The notes: generated by a model not told the origin, from the letters alone. Positions 35,266-43,856 are shown, counted from the stretch's first letter. The stretch: DNA of 64,000 nucleotides from an uncultured Alphaproteobacteria bacterium (GCA_949297415.1 CASFSV010000016.1:171-64170); one strand, 5' to 3'. Made by a program: numbers and translations.

Positions 35266-37713
35266 TTAAACCCCATTGAGATATTTTGTTACGAATCCAT
35301 CTTCTCCAAATTCTTTTACAAGGCTTTCAACAAGCAATACATTTTTAATACCAGAATTGTATAATTTCAGATATGGTCCTAATCCACTCAAGTTTACATC
35401 AAGAATTACAGACTCTCCTTCCCCGTTCTCTCCGGCATCCGGACGTTTTAATAATATAGCATACGGGCAATCTCTGTAGGATTTACCACTAATGAAATCA
35501 TATTCGCTGTCCGTTAAATTCCATTTTGCATATGATTCTGGTGTTGCTTGGGTGTTGCGGAAGAATATCATTGTCTTACATTGACCTCTTACCGCATCGC
35601 CAACACCTAATGAATCTACAATGTTTGGCTGTTGAAACGCACAAAGATAGGCCTGGCGTTTTTTACGACCTTCTTGCAACCCTTTGATGAAGTTATCCCT
35701 AAACATTTCATGTTTTAACATCGGCGCCGTTTCATCAATCATAATCAGTGCAGGACTACCTGTTTCTGTACTCTCTGATTGTATTCTGTGCATAATGTAG
35801 CTAATTGATGCTGCGGCAAGTACATCATCGTCAAAAATCTCTGTAAAGTCAAATGCCACAAATCTATTTGAACTCAAATCCAAACTATCGTGCTCTGCAT
35901 TAAAGATATTTCCGTATTGGTCAGGGTTTACCCATCTATATAATTCACGGCGCATTGTTCCCGTTGGTGAAAAGCAACTTTTGTACAAATTCTTCAAAAC
36001 TCTCTCTTCTGGACGCAGATAATCAAATGCCGTCGTTACTGCTCGAGCTGCTTCTCTTTCCGATAACGCATCTTTTGCCATAGTAATCGCTTTTAACCAG
36101 TTACGTAAAAACGCTCTATTGCTCATCGTATCTCGTGAATCGAACGGATTTAATGATACATTTTTTCTATCACCGCTAAAGCCAACATATGCACCCTGAA
36201 CCATGTGAGTAAATATTTCTGCACCGCGGTGTCTATCAAAAAAGTATACTTTCAAATCACCGTGCCGCATAGCTTGACCGGCTAAAAACGTCAGCAATGT
36301 TGTTTTACCTTGTCCGGTCGGTCCTACAATACAACAGTGCGCAACCGCTGATTCCGCCGCTGATATATGAAATTGGAATCTATATGGAGAGCCACTCATT
36401 GTCCTAAATACCGTAATAGCACCTTCACCCCAGTCACTTCGTGGCAAACCTGTCGATAGTTGCTCAAATGAAACAGCTAATGAAACTATCCTTGATAAAT
36501 AGAAATACGTTCTTCCACAAGTATCATATCCCGGAAATTGATTGAAAAATGTCGCTTGTGCTATCCAATTTTCTCGTACCGGCGTTACACTGAACAAACG
36601 ACATATTCTTTGAACTTCACTTTCACCAAATTCTATTTCTTTAATCGAATCTCCTTTTAATATAAAACTCATGGAATATTCTACTAAAGACTGGTGATCC
36701 GCATCGCTTTCTTCGATTGCGGCCAAAGCTTCGCTATATTGCGCCACTACATCTGACGAAAAACTGGTTACTTCTGCCATTTTTTGTTGTTGCACCAAAA
36801 TCATTCGTGCTTTAGGCTTAAATAAGGGATGAATATGATGAAGAACCGTTAATTCGCAATCTATTGCCAATAATGATGATATCATTCCTTCATCCATATA
36901 ATCCCCTGAATTGCGTATTCCCATTGTCAGGGCAAATTTTTCTTTCCCTCCCGAAAAGAATTTTATTATACCTTCTTCTCCCGTAAAATGAATACCGTCA
37001 GAGCTCAGCATTTCTTTTAATTGGAACCCTTGCGCCCCTCTAACTTTGGGCAATGGTTTACTTATTGGATTTAAAATTCTTACAAACGGATATACCGGAC
37101 TCATTTCTGCTGAGCTCTCATCATCCTCGTACAAAACTTTTATTCCGTAATCATTCAAATTAGCCATTACCGATTGTGACGCAAAGTTCAAATCTTTTAC
37201 CGCATCTTTTCTATCTTCTATTGATAAAATAATGTAGTGGTCATTTTTATAAACACGACTTAAATTTTCTCGCCATGTGTCATCTACTATTTTAAGCCAT
37301 TTATTTCCAAAATCCGCTTTATTTTTCTCCATCGGAACGCGGTCACGTATTGTTATCACTCGGCATGTTACTTGCAAATCCGCCATATTATCGAGCCAAG
37401 ATTTTCTGGCTTCAAACATTGATAATACCGTTTCATCTCGCGCCGATGTTAAATCAACACCCTCAACTTTAAATACGCGTACATATGTGCCATTACTGCA
37501 TCTTAGCGTTGAACCATCCGATAATAAACTATCAAACGGCAAAAAATCCGCAACCCTTGATTCACTCGGTTGTGGCAATACCCATGTCCCTATCTTTGAA
37601 ACTAATGAAATTGCTATGGCTGCTGCGGATATAATACCTAAGGTTGCAACAATCGCGTCTGCGCTTTGCAAACCAGCCATAAATAACGTATAAAAATCAA
37701 AATCAAGGTTCAA
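35266..37713 (-). CDS. virB4: T4SS ATPase VirB4
   Basis: 815 aa. Walker A IVGPTGQGKTTLLTFLAGQ, Walker B ALIMIDETAPML, AFQQPNIV. Overlaps the virB3 stop by 11 nt. Confidence 0.93.
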   Translation of the reverse strand: MNLDFDFYTLFMAGLQSADAIVATLGIISAAAIAISLVSKIGTWVLPQPSESRVADFLPFDSLLSDGSTLRCSNGTYVRVFKVEGVDLTSARDETVLSMFEARKSWLDNMADLQVTCRVITIRDRVPMEKNKADFGNKWLKIVDDTWRENLSRVYKNDHYIILSIEDRKDAVKDLNFASQSVMANLNDYGIKVLYEDDESSAEMSPVYPFVRILNPISKPLPKVRGAQGFQLKEMLSSDGIHFTGEEGIIKFFSGGKEKFALTMGIRNSGDYMDEGMISSLLAIDCELTVLHHIHPLFKPKARMILVQQQKMAEVTSFSSDVVAQYSEALAAIEESDADHQSLVEYSMSFILKGDSIKEIEFGESEVQRICRLFSVTPVRENWIAQATFFNQFPGYDTCGRTYFYLSRIVSLAVSFEQLSTGLPRSDWGEGAITVFRTMSGSPYRFQFHISAAESAVAHCCIVGPTGQGKTTLLTFLAGQAMRHGDLKVYFFDRHRGAEIFTHMVQGAYVGFSGDRKNVSLNPFDSRDTMSNRAFLRNWLKAITMAKDALSEREAARAVTTAFDYLRPEERVLKNLYKSCFSPTGTMRRELYRWVNPDQYGNIFNAEHDSLDLSSNRFVAFDFTEIFDDDVLAAASISYIMHRIQSESTETGSPALIMIDETAPMLKHEMFRDNFIKGLQEGRKKRQAYLCAFQQPNIVDSLGVGDAVRGQCKTMIFFRNTQATPESYAKWNLTDSEYDFISGKSYRDCPYAILLKRPDAGENGEGESVILDVNLSGLGPYLKLYNSGIKNVLLVESLVKEFGEDGFVTKYLNGV

Positions 37714-37993
37714 ATTTATGCCCTTTCACTTTATATAAATTTTGCGGCACCATATTTGTTTGCCCAAAGGCCTGTATCATTCCTGATAAGTGAGGATCTT
37801 TTGCTCCAAGCGCAACAACGATTAAATGCCCCAACACAATACTTATAATAAACACAAGCGGGTTTACGTCGCCCATTCCGATAGCCATAAACATGAAAGG
37901 TATTTGCAAACCTGCATTCAGCGCGGTCGGCAAAACTGGTCCCCAAAATAATTTGGGCGGATTTGCTACTGCTTTTAGTATTATATCTTTCAT
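37703..37993 (-). CDS. virB3: VirB3-family small inner-membrane protein
   Basis: 96 aa. LFWGPVLPTALNAGLQIPFMFMAIGM plus a second TM NPLVFIISIVLGHLIVVAL. Lies immediately upstream of virB4. Confidence 0.8.
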   Translation of the reverse strand: MKDIILKAVANPPKLFWGPVLPTALNAGLQIPFMFMAIGMGDVNPLVFIISIVLGHLIVVALGAKDPHLSGMIQAFGQTNMVPQNLYKVKGHKFEP

Positions 37994-38071
37994 GGCTTCA
38001 TTCCTTTTTCGTCATGTTTCCATGATAAGCCTGAAAATCTTAAAAATTATTAAATTATACTATTTTTATTT

Positions 38072-38428
38072 CTAACTTCCGAGGCTACTATGCGATACCG
38101 TATTCATATATGTATCGCTAAATTCTGTTTTTAAATTTGCATGACTTCCTGTAAAATAATCAATTATCGCACCTGTCGCTGAAAGCATAAACAAACTGAT
38201 AAAAATATATCCTAAATGCTTAAAATTAATCTTTCCGCTTATAGCTAAAAAGGTAAACATTACAATACCAAAGCAAGATATTGCATAAGCAAAAACTCGT
38301 AGCTGAGATGCGAATGATACTGTTTTTTTCTTTAATGCGTCAAAGACATTCTCTGCCATCGCATCATTGCTTACCAGCAAAACTAGTGCCACACATATTA
38401 TAAAGAGAAATATATTTCTTTTTGTCAT
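38072..38428 (-). CDS. virB2: VirB2-like pilin paralog 3
   Basis: 118 aa. Signal peptide ...LLVSNDAMA and two hydrophobic helices (AYAISCFGIVMFTFLAISG; LGYIFISLFMLSATGAIIDYF). SD AGGAGAA. Lies upstream of virB3. Confidence 0.65.
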   Translation of the reverse strand: MTKRNIFLFIICVALVLLVSNDAMAENVFDALKKKTVSFASQLRVFAYAISCFGIVMFTFLAISGKINFKHLGYIFISLFMLSATGAIIDYFTGSHANLKTEFSDTYMNTVSHSSLGS

Positions 38429-38439
38429 CTCATTTTCTC

Positions 38440-38760
38440 CTATGTTCCTAAGGCTATGTCACTTGCTATATCCGATGCACCATTTGGGGCAAACATAGCT
38501 ATAAATCCCGCGCACAAGCTTATTACCACTAACCCTAATATAATTGCTGTTAGCCACTTCCAGTTTATGTTTCCGAAAAAACCGCCAATACATACCGCAA
38601 TTATACCAACAGCAGATGCCGGATAAATAATTTCTCGTAATCCTGAAAATATCTCATTTCCTGACGTTATTAAAGAGTCAAATGCTCCAGCTTGTGCAAC
38701 TGAAGGTATTAGTAAGCTCAGCATTACCAATGCGTAGAAAATTTTATTATCTCTTTGCAT
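38440..38760 (-). CDS. virB2: VirB2-like pilin paralog 2
   Basis: 106 aa. Signal peptide ...LLIPSVAQA and two hydrophobic helices (ASAVGIIAVCIGGFFG; LTAIILGLVVISLCAGFIAMF). SD GGGGAGA. Confidence 0.65.
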   Translation of the reverse strand: MQRDNKIFYALVMLSLLIPSVAQAGAFDSLITSGNEIFSGLREIIYPASAVGIIAVCIGGFFGNINWKWLTAIILGLVVISLCAGFIAMFAPNGASDIASDIALGT

Positions 38761-38786
38761 CTCAAAATCTCCCCTATACTGTTTGT

Positions 38787-38795
38787 ATTATATCA
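38787..38795 (-). promoter_or_regulatory. Candidate extended -10 promoter element (TGATATAAT on the minus strand) in front of virB2 paralog 2
   Basis: The reverse complement of 38781-38800 reads atttgTGaTATAATacaaac. It lies 27 nt upstream of the ATG at 38760 and downstream of the terminator at 38975-38993. The -35 is weak (tagcta). Confidence 0.4.
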
Positions 38796-38871
38796 CAAAT
38801 CTATACAAATAGCTAGTAAAAAATTTGCTTCTTACATTATTCCATCATTCTGTTTTTACTTATTTTATTTA

Positions 38872-38893
38872 CTTGTAACAAAAACTTCACACT
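38872..38893. promoter_or_regulatory. Conserved 22-mer cttgtaacaaaaacttcacact, copy 1 (upstream of virB2 paralog 2)
   Basis: Identical to 39487-39508, with similar T-rich flanks on both sides. Lies about 110 nt upstream of the start codon. Confidence 0.45.
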
Positions 38894-38967
38894 GTGTCCG
38901 TTTTTCTATTACATCTTTCTATATATTAAAGCTTCCATTTTATTTTTATTAAATCAGATCTTAGCAA

Positions 38968-39000
38968 CAAAAAAGGAGCGCATCACGCGCTCCTTTTTCT
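38968..39000 (-). terminator. Rho-independent terminator after virB2 paralog 1 (bidirectional shape)
   Basis: GC-rich stem GGAGCGC (38975-38981) / GCGCTCC (38987-38993), a 5-nt loop, and A/T runs on both sides (aaaaaGGAGCGCatcacGCGCTCCttttt). It stands out in AT-rich sequence, 22 nt after the stop at 39015. Confidence 0.75.
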
Positions 39001-39014
39001 TTATTTTTTGGTTA

Positions 39015-39368
39015 TTATAGACCGTTACCAGATTCACTAAATGTATCACCTGTTTGGCCTGAAGTAATATTACCACCTGTAGCGTAGTTAACAATCGCAC
39101 CAGCTGCTGCCAAAATTGCCAAACCAACAGCCAAGCCTGCAAACCAAGTCCATTTTACTTTTCCAAAAATAGCTTGGAACGCAATACCAATTAAACCAAA
39201 TGCACCAACTACGAAAATAATGGTCTTAATATGAACAAAAAGCTGTAATGCTTTTTTCATACCTGTTTCCATAACGCTTTCATTTGCTGCATATGATGCA
39301 TTTGCAAGTAATATTGTAAACACAAGAGCTAAAGAGCAGAGTGTAAACACTTTCTTTAAGTTTTTCAT
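39015..39368 (-). CDS. virB2: VirB2-like pilin paralog 1, apparently monocistronic (ORF-track start 39395; 39368 preferred)
   Basis: MKNLKKVFTLCSLALVFTILLANASYA signal peptide and two hydrophobic helices (IFVVGAFGLIGIAFQAIFG; FAGLAVGLAILAAAGAIVNY). SD AGGAGAA lies 5 nt before the ATG at 39368. TATAAT (39387-39392, minus) lies just upstream, and a terminator lies downstream. Confidence 0.7.
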   Translation of the reverse strand: MKNLKKVFTLCSLALVFTILLANASYAANESVMETGMKKALQLFVHIKTIIFVVGAFGLIGIAFQAIFGKVKWTWFAGLAVGLAILAAAGAIVNYATGGNITSGQTGDTFSESGNGL

Positions 39369-39486
39369 ATCAGTTCTCCTAAATTCATTATACATTGTTT
39401 ATATTACAGTAAATTTAAAAAAATTTCAAGCCTTTTGACTCGTCTCACTTTCATCTTAACATATTGTATTTGTTTGTTTTTTTATT

Positions 39487-39508
39487 CTTGTAACAAAAAC
39501 TTCACACT
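39487..39508. promoter_or_regulatory. Conserved 22-mer cttgtaacaaaaacttcacact, copy 2 (in the divergent virB2 / pilus-operon intergenic region)
   Basis: Exact 22/22 match to 38872-38893. Lies about 120 nt upstream of virB2 paralog 1 and about 155 nt upstream of the + strand ORF starting at 39662. Confidence 0.45.
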
Positions 39509-39661
39509 AAACCTTTTCCTTATTTTCTATTTCTCACGCTTATTCATGTGATTTTGTTGTTATTAGTTTGTAAATATACTTGCTTATGTTTTTATTTAAT
39601 GTTTAAAATATGGTTAATGTTTTAAGGCTGGGTATTTTATATTTAGGAAGCATCTTAGTTT

Positions 39662-41059
39662 ATGTGGGAATTTAGAAATTTTGTTTTAGGTTTTAGCATA
39701 TCTCTGGTTAGCGTATCACTAACCAGTCATTTGTTGGCTTCTTCTTCTCACACAACGAAACCATACGTTCGCCATGCGGATATATCTATTGAACTTTATA
39801 AAAATAATGATCCAATTGCTCGGAAAATTATTTTTTCAAATATTCAGAAAAATTCTTTATCCATATCTCAAGCTCAAGATAAAAGTGATGAATCTTCTTT
39901 AACAATCAACACCCAAGAAACAACATTAGCAGATTTATCGCTTTCTCAAGATAATATTCAGAATTCAGATATTATCTATTCCCCTCAAGACATTAATGGC
40001 ACTGAAGATGATGAAATTTTGAATATTAACATTGACAGCATCATTCCTATAGATATTGAAAGCCCCCACAATACCTCATATAATGCCGAAGTCACTTACG
40101 GAGATGACAACGACAACAAAATAGCTTTACTCCCTACCGACATATCTTCCGATACTTTAGATTCATCATTTAATTCCCCTTGGGTTGTTGCTCAAGGCAG
40201 CAAGCATATAAAAAACAAAAAATTACTTGAAAAGTACGCATCTGATACATCCGACAAACTTGTTTCAGATAATTTTACACAACTAAACAACAACGACGAT
40301 GCCTTATCTTATAAAGTCGCAGAGAGGATTAAGCAGAGCATTATTTTTCCTATCCCAGACGAAATATTGAATGATGAAAATTTAACACCAACTTTTATCT
40401 CTCCGCAGAAAAAAGCATCAGACAAAAAAAATCTCTCTGCAGATAAAAAGGAAACACTTTCTATCTCCCCCACTAAAGAGGAGCAGCCTTTAAAAATCAT
40501 TTCCAAGACAACTCCTTCGGTTCAGCCTACTACACAAGAACAAAAAACATCAACATCCAAAGGTATTCTGGACAATATATCGTCATGGTTTTCAACATCT
40601 CATGAAGAAAAGCAAAAACGCCCCAAGCCAACAAAGAACAAAGCCACCCCCCTGTACAGCAGTCAGAACAACAATGATACACCCAAGGATGCATCATCGT
40701 TATCTTCAAATGATGCCTTAGTTAGCTTTTACGAAACGATTCAAGAAACTCAAAAAGAGCAAGCTTCAAACAAAATTATTCCATCTGAGCTTAAGCTTTC
40801 TTTTCAACCTGATAGAGCCGAGATATCAGGGCAGACGCTTCGTTGGTTAAAAGCCTTTTCTGAAAAGACAAAAGAAAAGAATCAGTATCTTCAAATCAGA
40901 TTAGATGCAACTGCGCCTATTGAGCTACAAAGAAAACGCCTAAATCTTCTCTACACCATCTTTATGAATAACGGTGTTGATTTCAAAAAAGTTGATACTG
41001 TGTTTTCATTAACAGAGCCAAATACTTTTATAATAAGAACAATAAAAATACAGGAGTAA
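39662..41059 (+). CDS. Secreted S/T/N/D-rich protein of unknown function, first gene of the pilus operon
   Basis: N-terminal hydrophobic segment FVLGFSISLVSVSLTSHLLASSS. A long low-complexity region, then a C-terminal folded-looking about 110 aa (LKLSFQPDRAEISGQTLRWLKAFSEKTKEKNQYLQIRLDATAPIELQRKRLNLLYTIFMNNGVDFKKVDTVF). Confidence 0.5.
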   Translation: MWEFRNFVLGFSISLVSVSLTSHLLASSSHTTKPYVRHADISIELYKNNDPIARKIIFSNIQKNSLSISQAQDKSDESSLTINTQETTLADLSLSQDNIQNSDIIYSPQDINGTEDDEILNINIDSIIPIDIESPHNTSYNAEVTYGDDNDNKIALLPTDISSDTLDSSFNSPWVVAQGSKHIKNKKLLEKYASDTSDKLVSDNFTQLNNNDDALSYKVAERIKQSIIFPIPDEILNDENLTPTFISPQKKASDKKNLSADKKETLSISPTKEEQPLKIISKTTPSVQPTTQEQKTSTSKGILDNISSWFSTSHEEKQKRPKPTKNKATPLYSSQNNNDTPKDASSLSSNDALVSFYETIQETQKEQASNKIIPSELKLSFQPDRAEISGQTLRWLKAFSEKTKEKNQYLQIRLDATAPIELQRKRLNLLYTIFMNNGVDFKKVDTVFSLTEPNTFIIRTIKIQE

Positions 41060-41161
41060 CGTTTTTCAACAGAATTAATCAACAAAACGTTTTATAAATA
41101 AAGTGTTACGCTTGATTAATTAAATTTTAATATTTATTGTAATGCTAGGTTGGATTTAACA

Positions 41162-42259
41162 ATGAGTCAGAACATGAAAAAAAGTTTTTTATTACCGTTT
41201 TGTTTATTATGTGCTTGCGGATTTTCTGCTTGTAGCAGTTTTTCTGGTAAAGACCAAACTGATACTTTTATTCCCGAAAATGATGCACCCATTATTGATG
41301 CGACAGTAAATCCTAATAGTCGTTGCGGAGTAAATGGAATTAGCTGTAACGATACAGCGCTAGTTAATTATACTAAAACCGAAGCTGATTATAGAGCTTA
41401 CGGCGAAAGGACAAAGAGAGATCAGCTTTATACACAATCTGCTGCAGGTAATAATCTTACAGCGACAATTCAGCCTGACATTGAAAGCGACATTGTAACA
41501 CAAACTGTAACCGTTAGTGATACAGTCAGAAAGAATAGTGCGCCTAAATATATTGTTGATAATGGGGTATTTAGTGAAACAGGAAAATTAGAATTGGAAA
41601 CTTCTCCGGAATCCTATGAGAATCCTGTTACTTATAATCTGGAAGAACAGGCTCCTAAAGAGACTAAAAAGATAGTGAATACAACTGAAAAACCTTCTCA
41701 AATTAAACCGCAAAATAAAATTGGGCATGCTGATAATGTAAAATTACCTGAAATTAAAGAAATTAAACAGATAAAGAAGAGTGTTGTAGAAGATGGTTCA
41801 TCTTATGAGATTGTTTGCGAAGAGAATTGTGATGATATTATAGACGATGATGTTATTACCTCTGAGTTTACAGAAGAATCTTTTGATATAGCAGATTATG
41901 TTGATGATGAGAATATTGAATTTACAGAAGTTGGAAATTCAAATCCAATGATTACAGATATTGCTATTAATGAAATACAAGTCGGTGACGATACTATACT
42001 GACTTGGGAAGCTGAGGAAGGTGAGAATTTACGTGAGTTGTTAACAAAATGGAGTGCCATGTCTGGTTGGAAACTTTTGTGGAATACCAATAGAAATTAT
42101 ATCTTAAATGCAGGTGTTATGTTTAAAGGGAAATTTGCAGATGTCAGCTCTGCTTTAATTAGAGCTTTTGCAAGAGCTAGACCTGCGCCTATTGCCACTT
42201 ATTATAAAGGGAATCGTGTTATAGTCGTTGAAACAATGGAGAATGAGAATGCATACTAA
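41162..42259 (+). CDS. PilL-like lipoprotein with TcpQ/PilL-type C-terminal domain (ORF-track TTG start 41150)
   Basis: Lipobox region FLLPFCLLCACGFSACSS. C-terminal ILTWEAEEGENLRELLTKWSAMSGWKLLWNTNRNYILNAGVMFKGKFADVSSALIRAF...YYKGNRVIVVE resembles the PilL/TcpQ domain family (from memory). Lies directly upstream of the secretin. Confidence 0.55.
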   Translation: MSQNMKKSFLLPFCLLCACGFSACSSFSGKDQTDTFIPENDAPIIDATVNPNSRCGVNGISCNDTALVNYTKTEADYRAYGERTKRDQLYTQSAAGNNLTATIQPDIESDIVTQTVTVSDTVRKNSAPKYIVDNGVFSETGKLELETSPESYENPVTYNLEEQAPKETKKIVNTTEKPSQIKPQNKIGHADNVKLPEIKEIKQIKKSVVEDGSSYEIVCEENCDDIIDDDVITSEFTEESFDIADYVDDENIEFTEVGNSNPMITDIAINEIQVGDDTILTWEAEEGENLRELLTKWSAMSGWKLLWNTNRNYILNAGVMFKGKFADVSSALIRAFARARPAPIATYYKGNRVIVVETMENENAY

Positions 42260-43853
42260 TAAAAATTATTTACTTGGATTTGCGGCATTTTTGCTTTTAG
42301 GTGTTGCCTCTTGTTCGTTGCCTACCGATTATGATGCTGCTTTAGAAAGAGATGTTGACGCTACGATTAAACATAAAGAAGATGCTAAGGCGCCTCAAAA
42401 CGTTGCTGATACGGATGTTATCAGAATTAAAGATGATATTTGGCTTGGTGATACGAGCGAAATAGAATATGAAGGTGATAAGCCTCTTCCTCATTATCTG
42501 GAAACATCTGACGGTGTTACTTTGGTAAGTAATAGGCCGATTACACTTTATGAAATTGGTAATATGGTTAGTCAAATAACATCCATAAAAGTTCGTTTTG
42601 CACCACAATTAGAAGCTCCAGCTAAAGCTGCTGCTGATAAAAATGCACCAACAATTTCTAAAGTTGGCTCTAAATGGTCAGATACATCTCGTATGCTTGT
42701 TTCTTATAAAGGATCTTTGAGCGGTTTGTTAGATGAAGTATGCTCCCATTTTGGTGTGTGGTGGAAGTATGAAAATGGGGAAATCTATATTTATAAGTAT
42801 ACAACTAAAACCTTTACTTTGTATACGTTACCCACTAAGCCAACCATGACATCTAGCGTTAGCAGTTCTTCCGGAGGCGGAACCATTACAAGTGGTGTAT
42901 CTAGTATTGATTTGTGGGCAAATATTGTTACGGCTGTGAAATCAATGCTTGGAACCGGTTCAAGTTTGGTTACGGATCCAATGAATGGTACTTTAACTAT
43001 TACAGCAACACCTACGGAAATTAAAAAAGTTGCTAAATTTGTTAATGAACAAAATATAAGATTATCACGTCAAGTGGCTATTAGCGTTAAGGTTCTTCAG
43101 GTTGAAGTTGATGAATCTCGGGGCTTTGGTTTTGATTTGAATGCAGCATTTAAAGATAGAACAGCTTCTGGAGGAAATATAACATTAGGGGATAACAACT
43201 TTGGCCCAACTGGACTTATAGATGGAAATAGCGGTATGTCCATGAAGATTTTAAGTGGAGATGTTACTGTTAATGCTGCTATTCAAGCTTTATCTACACA
43301 AGGTGTTACAACTTTGGTTACAAGCGGTACAGTTACCACTATGAATAATAAGCCAGCTCCTATTCAAGTTGTTAAGACACAGAACTATATTTCTGAATAC
43401 ACTAAGACAAATAATGGTACTGTTGGGGGTGAAGCTAGTTACGATGTTACGGTCGAAACAGAAGAAATTGAAACTGGTTTTACATTGGATGTTTTGCCAA
43501 GAATTATGGATCACGGTCGTTTGATGATGTTGTTCAGCCTGAATTTGTCTGACTTGCTTGATTTGGAAAATGTAAACTTAGATAGTTCAGAAGAATCTGG
43601 TTATATCCAAAATCCAATTATTGAAGAAAGGGGCTTCTCTCAAGAAGTTGCTCTAAAGTCTGGTGAAACTTTGGTTCTTTCAGGTTATGAACGTGTTGAA
43701 ACGTCTAGCGATAAAGCAGGTTTGGGGGCTGTTAATAACAATATTCTTGGTGGTCATCAAAGAGTAGAAAAGACGCGTAGTATTGTTGTTATTTTGTTAA
43801 CACCTGTTGTGTTAGAATCACCTTTGATGCCAGAATCTCGTATGAAATTTTAG
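42249..43853 (+). CDS. Type IVb pilus secretin, lipoprotein (R64 PilN / BfpB-like) (ORF-track TTG start 42228)
   Basis: Lipobox LLGVASCS. Secretin C-domain LSTQGVTTLVTSGTVTTMNNKPAPIQVVKTQNYISEY...GFTLDVLPRIMDHGRLMMLFSLNLSDL...VALKSGETLVLSGYERVETSSDKAGLG. GGAGA lies 6 nt before the ATG at 42249. Confidence 0.85.
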   Translation: MHTNKNYLLGFAAFLLLGVASCSLPTDYDAALERDVDATIKHKEDAKAPQNVADTDVIRIKDDIWLGDTSEIEYEGDKPLPHYLETSDGVTLVSNRPITLYEIGNMVSQITSIKVRFAPQLEAPAKAAADKNAPTISKVGSKWSDTSRMLVSYKGSLSGLLDEVCSHFGVWWKYENGEIYIYKYTTKTFTLYTLPTKPTMTSSVSSSSGGGTITSGVSSIDLWANIVTAVKSMLGTGSSLVTDPMNGTLTITATPTEIKKVAKFVNEQNIRLSRQVAISVKVLQVEVDESRGFGFDLNAAFKDRTASGGNITLGDNNFGPTGLIDGNSGMSMKILSGDVTVNAAIQALSTQGVTTLVTSGTVTTMNNKPAPIQVVKTQNYISEYTKTNNGTVGGEASYDVTVETEEIETGFTLDVLPRIMDHGRLMMLFSLNLSDLLDLENVNLDSSEESGYIQNPIIEERGFSQEVALKSGETLVLSGYERVETSSDKAGLGAVNNNILGGHQRVEKTRSIVVILLTPVVLESPLMPESRMKF

Positions 43854-43856
43854 GAG

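Noticed and set aside
37277-37946. ORFs 37277-37693 (+), 37731-37946 (-) and 37893-38075 (+) overlapping virB4/virB3
   Set aside because: They overlap motif-supported virB4 and virB3 in other frames or strands and have no independent support.
38954-39142. 62-aa minus-strand ORF overlapping the 3' end of virB2 paralog 1 and the terminator hairpin
   Set aside because: It is an alternative frame of the pilin gene that runs through the terminator stem. The pilin frame has the SD, signal peptide and two-TM architecture.
41058-41120. Inverted repeats after the first pilus-operon gene considered as a rho-independent terminator feature
   Set aside because: The 8-9-bp arms are mostly A/T, the loops are 18-31 nt, and the stability is weak. 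They are mentioned in a finding as a possibility but not listed as a feature.
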